From Escherichia coli (GTDB lineage: Bacteria > Pseudomonadota > Gammaproteobacteria > Enterobacterales > Enterobacteriaceae), in assembly GCF_048403405.1 (NCBI RefSeq), contig NZ_CP183129.1: a DNA stretch of 64,000 nt; one strand, given 5' to 3'. The notes under the pieces are model-generated. The model saw nothing but the letters and a program-made list of their open reading frames with translations, did no database searches and was not told the origin of the DNA. This document shows positions 12,139 to 25,637 of this stretch, piece after piece. Position 1 is the stretch's first letter. The number at the start of each line of letters is the position of its first letter. The translations under genes were made by a program, and so were the position numbers.

Positions 12139-13455
12139 TCAGTTAGTTGCCGTTTGAGAACGGAAACGGGCAAAGATAAAGATGACTGCGAAGCAGAGTG
12201 CCGGGATCAGTTCGGCAGTGGGGATGTTGCCCGCTGCGTCACTGACAAAACCCATGACCGGAGTGACAATACCGCCGCCAATAATGGTCATAACGATGAA
12301 GGACGAACCGTATTTGGTGTCCTGGCCGAGATTCTTAATGCCCAGCGAGAAGATTGTTGGGTACTGAATCGACATAAAGGCACTGCATAATGTCAGGGCT
12401 ATTAAGCCCACATGACCGCCAGCGAAGGCTGAGATCAGGCACAGTGCCATAGCGATTAATGCGTAGGCTGCCAGGACTTTGTGTGGTGCGAAGCGACTGA
12501 TGAGCCAGGTACCGGTGAAACGACCAATAAAGAAGCACACCATGGTTCCGGTTAAATAGTTAGCGGCAAAGCCTGCGGTCATACCTGGAATTTCTTCTAC
12601 AGCGTAGCGAATCAAATAGCTCCAGCAGGCCGTTTGCGCGCCGACATAGCAGAATTGCGCTAATACCGCCCAGCGCCAGTGACGAATACGCGCCAGACGA
12701 GAAAGCGATGCGGAGAACGATCCTTGTTTGGCGTCACTGTGATTATCACTCTGCAATGCCGGGAATTTCGTCAGCATGATCAGCAGGGCGACCAGTAACA
12801 CGATAGCCACGATGATCATATAAGGTGTCTGTACCGATAATACCAGGCTGTGTTTATACGCACTCAATTGCTCTGGAGACATTTTATCGAGAACGTCTTG
12901 CGATTGATGTGGCACGTTAGACAAAATAAGACTTTGTCCAAAGACAACCGCGATAATTGCGCCAAACGAGTTAAATGTTTGCGCAAGATTTAAGCGGAAG
13001 TGACCACTGCTTTCCGGCCCTAATACCGTAACAAAAGGGTTTGCGGCAGTTTCCAGACAACCTAATCCGGCTGCAATAATAAATAGGCCAACTAAAAATA
13101 AGGTGTAGTTCATTATTTCTGCAGCGGGCCAGAATAATGCAGCGCCCAAGGCATATAAAAATAATCCGGTAATAATCCCTGCTTTATAACTGAGTTTTTT
13201 CATCAATATCCCAGCAGGGATTGGGATAATGAAATAACCAAAGTAAAAGGCCGATTGGATCAGGCCAGCCTGGAAATTTGTCAGCGTAAAAGCCTGCTGG
13301 AATTGAGGTAATAAAATGTCGTTAAGGTTATTGGCTACCGCCCAAAGAAAAAACAGTGAGCACAGCAGCGCGAATGGAATAATGTAACTTCTGCTTTGCC
13401 CTGCATCTTTATCTACCGCACGGTAACTCTGCGTTTGTATTGATGTGTTTCCCAT
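12139..13455 (-). CDS. fucP: L-fucose:H+ symporter (MFS)
   Basis: 438 aa, 12 predicted TM segments, matches FucP. Confidence 0.95.
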   Translation of the reverse strand: MGNTSIQTQSYRAVDKDAGQSRSYIIPFALLCSLFFLWAVANNLNDILLPQFQQAFTLTNFQAGLIQSAFYFGYFIIPIPAGILMKKLSYKAGIITGLFLYALGAALFWPAAEIMNYTLFLVGLFIIAAGLGCLETAANPFVTVLGPESSGHFRLNLAQTFNSFGAIIAVVFGQSLILSNVPHQSQDVLDKMSPEQLSAYKHSLVLSVQTPYMIIVAIVLLVALLIMLTKFPALQSDNHSDAKQGSFSASLSRLARIRHWRWAVLAQFCYVGAQTACWSYLIRYAVEEIPGMTAGFAANYLTGTMVCFFIGRFTGTWLISRFAPHKVLAAYALIAMALCLISAFAGGHVGLIALTLCSAFMSIQYPTIFSLGIKNLGQDTKYGSSFIVMTIIGGGIVTPVMGFVSDAAGNIPTAELIPALCFAVIFIFARFRSQTATN

Positions 13456-13643
13456 AGCATCCTCTTAGGTTCAGAAGCTTAAGCACGTAATCGGTTATGT
13501 TTTCAAAAGTGCAAAACCAGCGAGTTCGGGCTTCATATCAGTGAATATTTGCCTGTCAGAAATGAACTCATGGATTCATTTTCAAATAAAAAACGCTCTG
13601 TAATATGACGGCGGTCACACTTATTAGCTGGGAGGTGACTTTA

Positions 13644-13659
13644 TGTGACTACCATCACT
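13644..13659. promoter_or_regulatory. CRP binding site in the divergent fucPIK / fucAO control region
   Basis: TGTGActaccaTCACt, 9 of 10 match to TGTGA-N6-TCACA; the fuc regulon is known to be CRP dependent. Confidence 0.6.
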
Positions 13660-13776
13660 TTAATAATCGAAATTTCATGCCCGTTTCAGAAAATAAATCA
13701 TAAAAAACACAAACCCGATGACCGTATTAATTGTTTGTGCCGAAAACGGGCATTTCTGGCGAGGGGGAATGGAAAA

Positions 13777-13812
13777 ATGACCGTTTTGATAAATATTTTT
13801 AAGAGCGGTCAT
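13777..13812. promoter_or_regulatory. Candidate FucR operator: inverted ATGACCG half-sites
   Basis: atgaccg (13777-13783) and its reverse complement cggtcat (13806-13812) flank a 22-bp AT-rich spacer; a third direct copy atgaccg lies at 13718-13724 and a related tgacggcggtca at about 13606-13617. Confidence 0.35.
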
Positions 13813-14001
13813 TTTTAATAGGGTTATAAAAAGAGAACTTGCGGTTATTTACTATGATTAGTTGAACCAGGTCACAAAATATAAGCTTGTGAATTTCTTT
13901 CTGGTTAATCAGGAAGAAGATGGTGGGTAATTAAACGGCTAATTCAATAGTGTGAAAGGAACAACATTATTGCCCTGTTTTGAATCAGAGAGAGGTAGCT
14001 A

Positions 14002-14649
14002 ATGGAACGAAATAAACTTGCTCGTCAGATTATTGACACTTGCCTGGAAATGACCCGCCTGGGACTGAACCAGGGGACAGCGGGTAACGTCAGTGTACGT
14101 TATCAGGATGGGATGCTGATTACGCCTACAGGTATTCCATATGAAAAACTGACGGAGTCGCATATTGTCTTTATTGATGGCAACGGTAAACATGAGGAAG
14201 GAAAGCTCCCCTCAAGCGAATGGCGTTTCCATATGGCGGCCTATCAAAGCAGACCGGATGCCAACGCGGTTGTTCACAATCATGCCGTTCATTGCACGGC
14301 AGTTTCCATTCTTAACCGACCAATCCCCGCTATTCACTACATGATTGCGGCGGCTGGCGGTAATTCTATTCCTTGCGCGCCTTATGCGACCTTTGGAACA
14401 CGTGAACTTTCTGAACATGTTGCGCTGGCTCTCAAAAATCGTAAGGCAACTTTGTTACAACATCATGGGCTTATCGCTTGTGAGGTGAATCTGGAAAAAG
14501 CGTTATGGCTGGCGCATGAAGTTGAAGTGCTGGCGCAACTTTACCTGACGACCCTAGCGATTACGGACCCGGTGCCAGTGCTGAGCGATGAAGAGATTGC
14601 CGTAGTGCTGGAGAAATTCAAAACCTACGGGTTACGGATTGAAGAGTAA
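14002..14649 (+). CDS. fucA: L-fuculose-1-phosphate aldolase (class II)
   Basis: 215 aa MERNKLARQIIDTCLEMTRLGLNQGTAGNVSVRY... matches FucA. Confidence 0.95.
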   Translation: MERNKLARQIIDTCLEMTRLGLNQGTAGNVSVRYQDGMLITPTGIPYEKLTESHIVFIDGNGKHEEGKLPSSEWRFHMAAYQSRPDANAVVHNHAVHCTAVSILNRPIPAIHYMIAAAGGNSIPCAPYATFGTRELSEHVALALKNRKATLLQHHGLIACEVNLEKALWLAHEVEVLAQLYLTTLAITDPVPVLSDEEIAVVLEKFKTYGLRIEE

Positions 14650-14676
14650 TTTCGTAAAGCAACAAGGAGAAGGATG

Positions 14677-15825
14677 ATGGCTAACAGAATGATTCTGAAC
14701 GAAACGGCATGGTTTGGTCGGGGTGCTGTTGGGGCTTTAACCGATGAGGTGAAACGCCGTGGTTATCAGAAGGCGCTGATCGTCACCGATAAAACGCTGG
14801 TGCAATGCGGCGTGGTGGCGAAAGTGACCGATAAGATGGATGCTGCAGGGCTGGCATGGGCGATTTACGACGGCGTAGTGCCCAACCCAACAATTACTGT
14901 CGTCAAAGAAGGGCTCGGTGTATTCCAGAATAGCGGCGCGGATTACCTGATCGCTATTGGTGGTGGTTCTCCACAGGATACTTGTAAAGCGATTGGCATT
15001 ATCAGCAACAACCCGGAGTTTGCCGATGTGCGTAGCCTGGAAGGACTTTCCCCGACCAATAAACCCAGTGTACCGATTCTGGCAATCCCCACCACAGCAG
15101 GCACTGCGGCAGAAGTGACCATTAACTACGTGATCACTGACGAAGAAAAACGGCGCAAGTTTGTTTGCGTTGATCCGCATGATATCCCGCAGGTGGCGTT
15201 TATTGACGCTGACATGATGGATGGTATGCCTCCAGCGCTGAAAGCTGCGATGGGTGTCGATGCGCTCACTCATGCTATTGAGGGGTATATTACCCGTGGC
15301 GCGTGGGCGCTAACCGATGCACTGCACATTAAAGCGATTGAAATCATTGCTGGGGCGCTGCGAGGATCGGTTGCTGGTGATAAGGATGCCGGAGAAGAAA
15401 TGGCGCTCGGGCAGTATGTTGCGGGTATGGGCTTCTCGAATGTTGGGTTAGGGTTGGTGCATGGTATGGCGCATCCACTGGGCGCGTTTTATAACACTCC
15501 ACACGGTGTTGCGAACGCCATCCTGTTACCGCATGTCATGCGCTATAACGCTGACTTTACCGGTGAGAAGTACCGCGATATCGCGCGCGTTATGGGCGTG
15601 AAAGTGGAAGGTATGAGCCTGGAAGAGGCGCGTAATGCCGCTGTTGAAGCGGTGTTTGCTCTCAACCGTGATGTCGGTATTCCGCCACATTTGCGTGACG
15701 TTGGTGTACGCAAGGAAGACATTCCGGCACTGGCGCAGGCGGCGCTTGATGACGTTTGTACCGGTGGCAACCCGCGCGAAGCAACGCTTGAGGATATTGT
15801 AGAGCTTTACCATACCGCCTGGTAA
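14677..15825 (+). CDS. fucO: L-1,2-propanediol oxidoreductase (iron-containing alcohol dehydrogenase)
   Basis: Matches FucO (MANRMILNETAWFGRG...); two adjacent ATGs, second chosen (382 aa); the first (14674) is equally possible. Confidence 0.92.
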   Translation: MANRMILNETAWFGRGAVGALTDEVKRRGYQKALIVTDKTLVQCGVVAKVTDKMDAAGLAWAIYDGVVPNPTITVVKEGLGVFQNSGADYLIAIGGGSPQDTCKAIGIISNNPEFADVRSLEGLSPTNKPSVPILAIPTTAGTAAEVTINYVITDEEKRRKFVCVDPHDIPQVAFIDADMMDGMPPALKAAMGVDALTHAIEGYITRGAWALTDALHIKAIEIIAGALRGSVAGDKDAGEEMALGQYVAGMGFSNVGLGLVHGMAHPLGAFYNTPHGVANAILLPHVMRYNADFTGEKYRDIARVMGVKVEGMSLEEARNAAVEAVFALNRDVGIPPHLRDVGVRKEDIPALAQAALDDVCTGGNPREATLEDIVELYHTAW

Positions 15826-15843
15826 ATGCGCTGATGTGATAAT

Positions 15844-15876
15844 GCCGGATGCGACGCTAGCTGCGTCTTATCCGGC
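15844..15876. repeat. REP element between convergent fucO and xni
   Basis: gccggatgcgacgctagctgcgtcttatccggc, canonical REP palindrome. Confidence 0.75.
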
Positions 15877-15929
15877 GTATAAGTTCATTAAATTCAATGT
15901 GTTGATAATCGTTTGCATCCGGCACGCCG

Positions 15930-18163
<2,234 letters not shown>

Positions 18164-18220
18164 AGGAAATACATCGCGTTAAAACGGAGGAAGCGCCGCC
18201 CGAAAGCGGCGCGAAAGGAC

Positions 18221-19510
18221 TTAGCTGAACAGAGAGTAGAAGATTGCGGAGATTGCAATCAGACCCATCACGACAACGAATACGTTGCTGATGTGACCGC
18301 TGTACTTACGCATTGCCGGTACTTTCTGAATTGCGTACATCGGCATCAGGAACAGGATCATCGCGATGATTGGGCCGCCCAGGGTTTCAATCATACCCAG
18401 GATGCTCGGGTTCAGGGTGGCAACAATCCAGGTCGTTACCAGCATGAACAGCGCAGTGATACGGTTCAGCTTGTTGATTTCGATAGACTTACCTTTACCA
18501 CGCAGAGATTTAATCACCATACCGTTGAAGCCTTCACGTGCGCCCAGGTAGTGGCCGAGGAAGGATTTGGTGATAGCGATAATCGCGATAATCGGAGCCA
18601 TCCACGCGATAACCGGTGCGTTAAAGTGGTTAGCCAGGTAAGACAGAATCGAGATGTTCTGCTCTTTAGCCGCAGCCAGGTCTGCCGGAGTCAGGCTCAG
18701 TACGCAGCTGAATACGAAGAACATTACGGTCAGCACCATCATGATGTGTGCGAATGCCAGGATCTTCGAGCATTTCTGTTCTGCCATATCGCCGTACTCT
18801 TCACGCTTCGCAACAGCGAAAGAAGAGATGATCGGAGAGTGGTTGAACGAGAACACCATTACTGGAATTGCCAGCCACAGGGTCATCCACAGACCGTTTC
18901 CGGTTGCCGATGCAGTGTCCAGAGACAGCGTTTCCAGTGCTGCGCCGTTCCACTGCGGGATCAGGTACAGAGCCAGCAGCATCAGTACGCCAACAAACGG
19001 GAATACCAGAATACTCATCGCTTTAACGATCATCTGCTCACCGAAGCGAACGATGGTCATCATACCCACGATCAGGATCAGCGACAGAATCGCACGCGGC
19101 GGTGGTGTCATACCCAGCTGATGAGACATGAAGCTTTCAACTGTATTGGTGATTGCCACGCTATAAACCAGCAGGATCGGGTAGATAGCGAAGAAGTAGA
19201 GCAGGGTAATCAGTTTACCTGCGCCAATACCAAAGTGTTCTTCTACAACCTCGGTGATGTCTTCGCCTGGGTTTTTACCAGACAGTACGAAGCGAGTCAG
19301 GCCGCGGTGAGCAAAAAATGTCATCGGGAACGCAAGGATAGCCATGATGATCAGCGGGATCATACCGCCAACACCGGCGTTGATTGGCAGGAACAGCACG
19401 CCCGCGCCGATTGCCGTGCCGTAAAGGCCCAGCATCCACATGGTGTCTGTCTTGCGCCAGGCACTACGAGAGTCTTTCGACGCAATCGTGCTGGTTTGAG
19501 TCGTTTCCAT
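18221..19510 (-). CDS. sdaC: Serine:H+ symporter
   Basis: 429 aa [31 protein letters not shown]... matches SdaC (HAAAP family). Confidence 0.95.
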   Translation of the reverse strand: METTQTSTIASKDSRSAWRKTDTMWMLGLYGTAIGAGVLFLPINAGVGGMIPLIIMAILAFPMTFFAHRGLTRFVLSGKNPGEDITEVVEEHFGIGAGKLITLLYFFAIYPILLVYSVAITNTVESFMSHQLGMTPPPRAILSLILIVGMMTIVRFGEQMIVKAMSILVFPFVGVLMLLALYLIPQWNGAALETLSLDTASATGNGLWMTLWLAIPVMVFSFNHSPIISSFAVAKREEYGDMAEQKCSKILAFAHIMMVLTVMFFVFSCVLSLTPADLAAAKEQNISILSYLANHFNAPVIAWMAPIIAIIAITKSFLGHYLGAREGFNGMVIKSLRGKGKSIEINKLNRITALFMLVTTWIVATLNPSILGMIETLGGPIIAMILFLMPMYAIQKVPAMRKYSGHISNVFVVVMGLIAISAIFYSLFS

Positions 19511-20065
19511 CTATTTCTCCTGGAGGAATGCAAATAATTCAGCTTTTAGCCAGTTCAGCCCGGGAAGGTGCCTGACCGTAAAAATGAAATCTGTCTATCG
19601 GCGATGGCTTAATCATTTACCGCCGTAATAATTTGAGGGCGGAAAGATACACACAAGTTATGTATCTATCAGTGATCTTGATCCCAAATACAATAATCTA
19701 CTTGGAAGATAGATTATCCCAACGCTTTACTCTGTAAATCAAAAGTAAAAGAGAATTTAAGGGCAATATTTGCCCATTAAACGACATCTGACTTCTTCCG
19801 GGGCGCGCAATATATGTAGGTTGAACTGAAAAAATCAATACTTTTAGTTAATCATGGCGATAATTTCTTTTTCATAGCGATAAAATGTGGTTTATGAAAA
19901 TAGGGAAACGTTTGCGTTGCAATATAAATTGTATGACATATTAACTGTGATGATATTTATCGCGTGAGGGTGGTAAGAAACATTCATATAACAAATGAAA
20001 TAAATTGATGGGTATGTGACCAAAAACGAGAAAACCCGGCAACAAACGTCACCGGGGGAGGGAGA

Positions 20066-21430
20066 TTACGTGCAGATTTCGTAGCAAGGGATGTAGGCTG
20101 AGCCTGGCAACTTCATACGATGCTGGGCAACAAAACCCTGTAGCAGGTCGTCCATACGACGCATAATCTCTTTATCGCCGTTGATTTTGTAAGGACCAAA
20201 CTCTTCAATGGCGCGAATACCGACTTCTTTTACGTTACCCGCCACAATACCGGAGAACGCACGGCGCAGGTCGGCAGCCAGCACTTCAACGGGTTGATCC
20301 GGGTAAAGCTTCAGATTAGCCATATTCTCGTGAGAGGGCTCAAACGGCATTTGCAAATCTGGCGCAATGCGCATTGACCAGTTAAAGCTGTAGGCATCGC
20401 CTGTGTCGCGGCGATTTTCTTTCACCAGCGGCATCGATTTTTTCATCTGACGAGCGACTTCAGCGGCGTCATCAATGATGATGCGGTAATGGCGGCGCGC
20501 GTTTTCACCCAACGTATGCACGACAAACTCGTCCAGTACGCGGAAGTAGTCGGCGCTCTCTTTCGGGCCGGTGAGGATCAATGGTAAAACCTGATCTTTG
20601 TTGGCCGGGTTCATTAAAATTCCCAGCAAATACAGCAACTCTTCTGCCGTACCCACACCGCCAGGGAAGATAATGATACCGTGAGCGATACGGACAAACG
20701 CTTCCAGACGTTTTTCGATATCTGGCATGATGATCAATTCGTTGACCAGCGGGTTAGGCGGTTCAGCGGCGATAATCGACGGTTCTGTCATACCAATAAA
20801 ACGACTGTCTTTGTAACGCTGCTGTGCGTGTCCGACCGCAGCGCCTTTCATCGGCGCTTCCATCGCTCCCGGACCACAGCCGGTGCAGATATTCAGCTCA
20901 CGCAGGCCCAGCTGATTCCCGACGCGACGGGCATACAAATACTCGTTTTCGTTAATTGAGTGCCCGCCCCAGCAGACCACCATATTTGGCGCTTCACCGA
21001 CATGCAGCGCGCGAGCGTTACGCAAGATGGAAAAGACCAGGTTAGTGATGTGGACGGAGTTGTCGAGATTCAGGTTGGGAAAACGAACGGTGTTATGGAT
21101 TTGCCCGTAAACGAAGAGAATGTCACGCAGAACCGCGAACAAGTTGGCCTGCAAAGCGCGAATAATTCGCCCATCGACAAAAGCCTCTTCCGGGGGATTA
21201 ATCAGTTCCAGCTTTACGCCGCGTTCACGGCGCAAGACGTTAATATCGAAATTTTCAAAACGAGACAGCAATTCTTTGCTGTTATCGGTCAAACTACCGG
21301 AGTTCAGTACGGCAAGTGAACAGTTGCGAAACAGTTGATAGAGGTCGCTGCTGGCGGTGCGTTTAAGCATATCCACTTCCAGCTGCGACAACATATCCAT
21401 GGAGCCAAGCGGGCTAATATGTGTAATCAA
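20066..21430 (-). CDS. ppnN: Pyrimidine/purine nucleotide 5'-monophosphate nucleosidase (LOG-family, (p)ppGpp-regulated)
   Basis: 454 aa; matches YgdH/PpnN; LOG-family motif [10 protein letters not shown]. Confidence 0.9.
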
Positions 21431-21541
21431 GAAAAACTCCTTATGGGACGAATATCGTCATTCCCTTTGATTACAATAGCCCTGCCTGATGACCTTTCAC
21501 AACCTTCTGCGTGAATCCAGCACGCAAAATTGAGAAAAAAT

Positions 21542-22390
21542 TTATTGCCGAACCAGTCTTGTGGTCGATGGGACAAAATCGCTATTACTGCGCCACGGGT
21601 TAATGTCCAGACCGCCACGACGGGTATAACGTGCGTAAACGCTCAATTTCTCTGGCTGGCAGAAGCGTAACAGGTCATTAAAGATGCGTTCCACGCACTG
21701 TTCGTGGAACTCGTTGTGATGGCGGAAAGAAACCAGGTAACGCAGCAGTTTTTCTCTGTCAATTTGGCGTCCACGATACTGAATTTGGATCGATCCCCAA
21801 TCTGGTTGATGGGTGATCAGGCAGTTTGATTTCAGCAGGTGGCTGACGAGCGTCTCTTCTACTACTTTTTCGCCACTGGTGGCATTCTCCAGATAGTCAG
21901 TAGTGAATTCATAGTTATCGATAGTGATATCCTGGTCATCAATGCAAGTGCCATTGAAATGACCTATCGGTTGGCCTTCCAGTTCATCAAGACGATATAA
22001 CGCCACGCTAACCTTACCCTGAGCGCAAGTGCTTAAGTCGCGCTCCAGCGTCTGGCGCACCTCATCCCAGTTATTAAAACGCGTCTGGTTAAAACTGTTG
22101 AGATAGAGCTTAAAACTCTTCGATTCAATCAGATTTGCGCTGGTGTAATCAAGTTCAACATGACCGACGGCGACCTGCGGCAAACCTTTCGCATTCAGCC
22201 AGGAAAGTTCATATAGCGTCCAGATATCCGTACCGTGAAAAGGCAGGTTATCCGCTTTCAGACCCAGCGGATCGCGATTCAGACTACGCGGAACGCCTTG
22301 CAGTAGGCTGGCGTCATAGGTATCCCGGTAATCGGTTGATTTTCCAAGAGTCAGGCCCGCAAGTGCCTGATGGTTTGCATAAGAAGACAT
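21542..22390 (-). CDS. queF: NADPH-dependent 7-cyano-7-deazaguanine (preQ0) reductase
   Basis: 282 aa [31 protein letters not shown]... matches QueF (YqcD). Confidence 0.93.
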
Positions 22391-22457
22391 GTTTCACCGT
22401 CATAAACCAGATAAACTAAACGACAAGTGTATCTGGTTTAAGTGAAGAGAGAAATTA

Positions 22458-23003
22458 GTGGACGATTTGACCGCACAAGCCCTGAAAGATTTTACTGCAC
22501 GCTACTGCGATGCGTGGCATGAAGAGCATAAAAGCTGGCCGTTGAGTGAGGAACTGTACGGCGTTCCTTCACCGTGCATTATTTCAACCACCGAAGATGC
22601 CGTATACTGGCAACCCCAGCCGTTTACCGGGGAACAAAATGTAAACGCGGTTGAACGCGCTTTTGATCTTGTGATACAACCCACAATTCATACCTTTTAT
22701 ACGACTCAGTTTGCCGGGGATATGCACGCGCAGTTTGGCGATATCAAACTGACATTGCTGCAAACCTGGAGTGAAGACGACTTCCGTCGGGTGCAGGAAA
22801 ATCTGATTGGTCATCTGGTGACTCAGAAAAGGCTAAAATTGCCGCCCACGCTATTTATCGCGACGCTGGAAGAAGAGTTAGAGGTCATCTCGGTGTGTAA
22901 TCTCTCCGGTGAAGTGTGTAAAGAGACGCTGGGAACACGTAAACGGACGCATTTAGCCTCAAATCTTGCGGAATTCCTTAATCAACTTAAGCCTCTTCTG
23001 TAA
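22458..23003 (+). CDS. syd: SecY-interacting protein Syd
   Basis: 181 aa, GTG start, matches Syd. Confidence 0.9.
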   Translation: MDDLTAQALKDFTARYCDAWHEEHKSWPLSEELYGVPSPCIISTTEDAVYWQPQPFTGEQNVNAVERAFDLVIQPTIHTFYTTQFAGDMHAQFGDIKLTLLQTWSEDDFRRVQENLIGHLVTQKRLKLPPTLFIATLEEELEVISVCNLSGEVCKETLGTRKRTHLASNLAEFLNQLKPLL

Positions 23004-23021
23004 TCCAAATACCCCATCTGG

Positions 23022-23039
23022 TTGTGAGAGATCTCTTAC
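23022..23039. promoter_or_regulatory. UvrY (SirA) response-regulator binding site upstream of csrB
   Basis: 18-bp near-perfect inverted repeat TGTGAGAGATCTCTTACA centred about 183 bp upstream of the csrB 5' end; matches the inverted repeat reported for UvrY/SirA at csrB; the cognate kinase gene barA is in this window. Confidence 0.7.
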
Positions 23040-23213
23040 AGACTCTGTAGGAGATCGCCAGGAAATAAGCGAATACTTAAAAAGATAAGAATCGTTATTT
23101 TCATTTAAAATCAATATATTGCTTGTCAATTCTTAACTTTCATATGAAGTTTTCCTTAAGGCATTGTCTGTAAGCGCCTTGTAAGACTTCGCGAAAAAGA
23201 CGATTCTATCTTC

Positions 23214-23579
23214 GTCGACAGGGAGTCAGACAACGAAGTGAACATCAGGATGATGACACTTCTGAAGGACACACCAGGATGGTGTTTCAGGGAAAGGCTT
23301 CTGGATGAAGCGAAGAGGATGACGCAGGACGCGTTAAAGGACACCTCCAGGATGGAGAATGAGAACCGGTCAGGATGATTCGGTGGGTCAGGAAGGCCAG
23401 GGACACTTCAGGATGAAGTATCACATCGGGGTGGTGTGAGCAGGAAGCAATAGTTCAGGATGAACGATTGGCCGCAAGGCCAGAGGAAAAGTTGTCAAGG
23501 ATGAGCAGGGAGCAACAAAAGTAGCTGGAATGCTGCGAAACGAACCGGGAGCACTGTGAATACAGTGCTCCCTTTTTTT
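23214..23579 (+). ncRNA. csrB: CsrB sRNA (CsrA-sequestering RNA)
   Basis: Begins GTCGACAGGGAGTCAGACAACGAAG; at least 8 CAGGATG/AGGATG motifs plus further GGA motifs; ends with hairpin gggagcactgtgaatacagtgctccc plus 7-nt T run; located between syd and yqcC as in E. coli. Confidence 0.92.
23547..23579 (+). terminator. csrB intrinsic terminator
   Basis: Perfect hairpin gggagcactgt / acagtgctccc followed by TTTTTTT. Confidence 0.85.
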
Positions 23580-23624
23580 ATTCCTGCTATCCTTCGCGGC
23601 AGTTTTTCTTATTGAGGTTGCTTT

Positions 23625-23954
23625 ATGACCACTCATGACCGCGTTCGTCTCCAGCTGCAGGCGCTTGAAGCATTACTGCGTGAACATCAGCACTGGCAAA
23701 ACGATGAACCCCAGCCGCATCAATTTAACAGTACCCAACCGTTCTTTATGGACACCATGGAACCACTGGAGTGGTTGCAGTGGGTGCTGATCCCGCGAAT
23801 GCACGATTTGTTAGATAACAACCAGCCGTTACCGGGCGCTTTTGCCGTTGCACCCTATTATGAAATGGTGCTGGCGACGGACCACCCGCAACGCGCGCTT
23901 ATTCTGGCTGAGCTGGAAAAACTGGATGCTCTTTTTGCGGATGATGCGAGCTAA
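23625..23954 (+). CDS. yqcC: YqcC (DUF446) protein
   Basis: 109 aa MTTHDRVRLQLQALEALLREHQHWQ... matches YqcC; stop overlaps truC start (TAATG). Confidence 0.88.
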   Translation: MTTHDRVRLQLQALEALLREHQHWQNDEPQPHQFNSTQPFFMDTMEPLEWLQWVLIPRMHDLLDNNQPLPGAFAVAPYYEMVLATDHPQRALILAELEKLDALFADDAS

Positions 23955-24736
23955 TGCTGGAAATACTCTATCAGGATGAATGGCTGGTTGCGGTAAATAA
24001 ACCCTCCGGCTGGCTGGTTCACCGCAGCTGGCTGGATCGCGACGAGAAAGTAGTGGTCATGCAAACCGTGCGTGACCAGATAGGCCAGCATGTGTTTACT
24101 GCTCATCGTCTGGACCGACCAACTTCTGGTGTGTTGTTGATGGGATTATCCAGCGAGGCCGGACGGCTGCTGGCACAACAGTTTGAACAGCACCAAATCC
24201 AGAAACGTTACCATGCGATTGTGCGCGGCTGGTTGATGGAAGAAGCAGTTCTGGATTATCCACTGGTGGAAGAACTGGACAAAATCGCTGATAAATTTGC
24301 CCGCGAAGATAAAGGCCCACAGCCAGCAGTGACGCATTATCGCGGTCTGGCGACCGTAGAAATGCCGGTAGCGACCGGACGTTACCCGACCACGCGCTAC
24401 GGCCTGGTGGAACTGGAGCCGAAAACCGGACGCAAGCACCAGCTCCGTCGCCATCTTGCCCATTTGCGCCACCCGATTATTGGCGACAGCAAACATGGTG
24501 ATTTACGCCAGAATCGCAGCGGTGCTGAACATTTTGGCCTTCAGCGGTTAATGCTGCATGCCAGTCAGTTGTCATTGACGCATCCTTTTACTGGCGAGCC
24601 GCTGACTATTCACGCGGGCCTGGACGACACCTGGATGCAGGCGTTATCACAATTTGGCTGGCGGGGGCTGCTTCCTGAAAATGAAAGGGTTGAGTTCAGT
24701 GCGCCATCGGGTCAGGATGGAGAGATAAGTTCCTAA
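23954..24736 (+). CDS. truC: tRNA pseudouridine(65) synthase
   Basis: 260 aa [23 protein letters not shown]... matches TruC (RluA family; catalytic-Asp motif HRLDRPTSG). Confidence 0.93.
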   Translation: MLEILYQDEWLVAVNKPSGWLVHRSWLDRDEKVVVMQTVRDQIGQHVFTAHRLDRPTSGVLLMGLSSEAGRLLAQQFEQHQIQKRYHAIVRGWLMEEAVLDYPLVEELDKIADKFAREDKGPQPAVTHYRGLATVEMPVATGRYPTTRYGLVELEPKTGRKHQLRRHLAHLRHPIIGDSKHGDLRQNRSGAEHFGLQRLMLHASQLSLTHPFTGEPLTIHAGLDDTWMQALSQFGWRGLLPENERVEFSAPSGQDGEISS

Positions 24737-24753
24737 TCCAGGGAGAAAACGGT

Positions 24754-25203
24754 ATGGCGGAAATTGGTATTTTTGTGGGCACTATGTACGGAAATTCGCT
24801 GTTAGTGGCGGAAGAAGCGGAAGCAATTCTGACCGCGCAGGGCCACAAAGCAACGGTATTTGAAGATCCTGAATTAAGCGACTGGCTGCCCTATCAGGAT
24901 AAGTATGTTCTGGTGGTTACGTCCACGACCGGGCAGGGCGACCTTCCTGATAGCATTGTGCCGCTCTTTCAGGGAATCAAAGATACCCTGGGCTTCCAGC
25001 CGAATCTGCGTTATGGCGTGATTGCGCTCGGCGACAGTAGTTATGTGAATTTCTGCAATGGCGGCAAACAGTTCGATACCTTGTTGCAGGAACAGAGCGC
25101 TCAGCGGGTTGGCGAAATGCTGTTGATTGACGCCAGTGAGAACCCGGAACCGGAAACGGAATCAAATCCGTGGGTCGAACATTGGGGCACGCTGTTGTCC
25201 TGA
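24754..25203 (+). CDS. yqcA: Flavodoxin-like protein YqcA
   Basis: 149 aa [23 protein letters not shown]... flavodoxin fold signature. Confidence 0.9.
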   Translation: MAEIGIFVGTMYGNSLLVAEEAEAILTAQGHKATVFEDPELSDWLPYQDKYVLVVTSTTGQGDLPDSIVPLFQGIKDTLGFQPNLRYGVIALGDSSYVNFCNGGKQFDTLLQEQSAQRVGEMLLIDASENPEPETESNPWVEHWGTLLS

Positions 25204-25637
25204 TATGTTCAGCGAGCGGTAAATGCCGTTTTAGCGGTGCTGAATCGAATCTTTTCAGGCAAATGCCAGTAAAAACTGCTTCATAGCGCGGATTTTTACT
25301 GGCGTTTGCCTGGAGTCAAGCGATCCATTTCATACTCTTCTTTATTTCTTCGTTTTAACCCTTCCTTTCTTGTTCTTGTTTTCATTTCCGTGAAGTGGAT
25401 TCCACCGTCCAGGGCTAATGCCAAAATCGGGCCTCATTGAACGCATTAATGTTGTGTTGTTGCACGGTGAGCCGCTATGGCGCGCTTTTTATACTGCTAT
25501 TGCCAGATATAAACACGCGCCGTATTCGGCGAACGACCTATAAAAACGGCAAAAAACACCCTACGTCACCTCTGATTTCCTGGCGATGTCGCAGTCCAGA
25601 GTGAGCGTGGCTAACGCGAATTTTCAGGAGTGCAACA

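Noticed and set aside
23156-23636. Two minus-strand ORFs of 62 and 71 aa
   Set aside because: Lie within and antisense to the csrB sRNA; the GGA-rich RNA repeats create open frames
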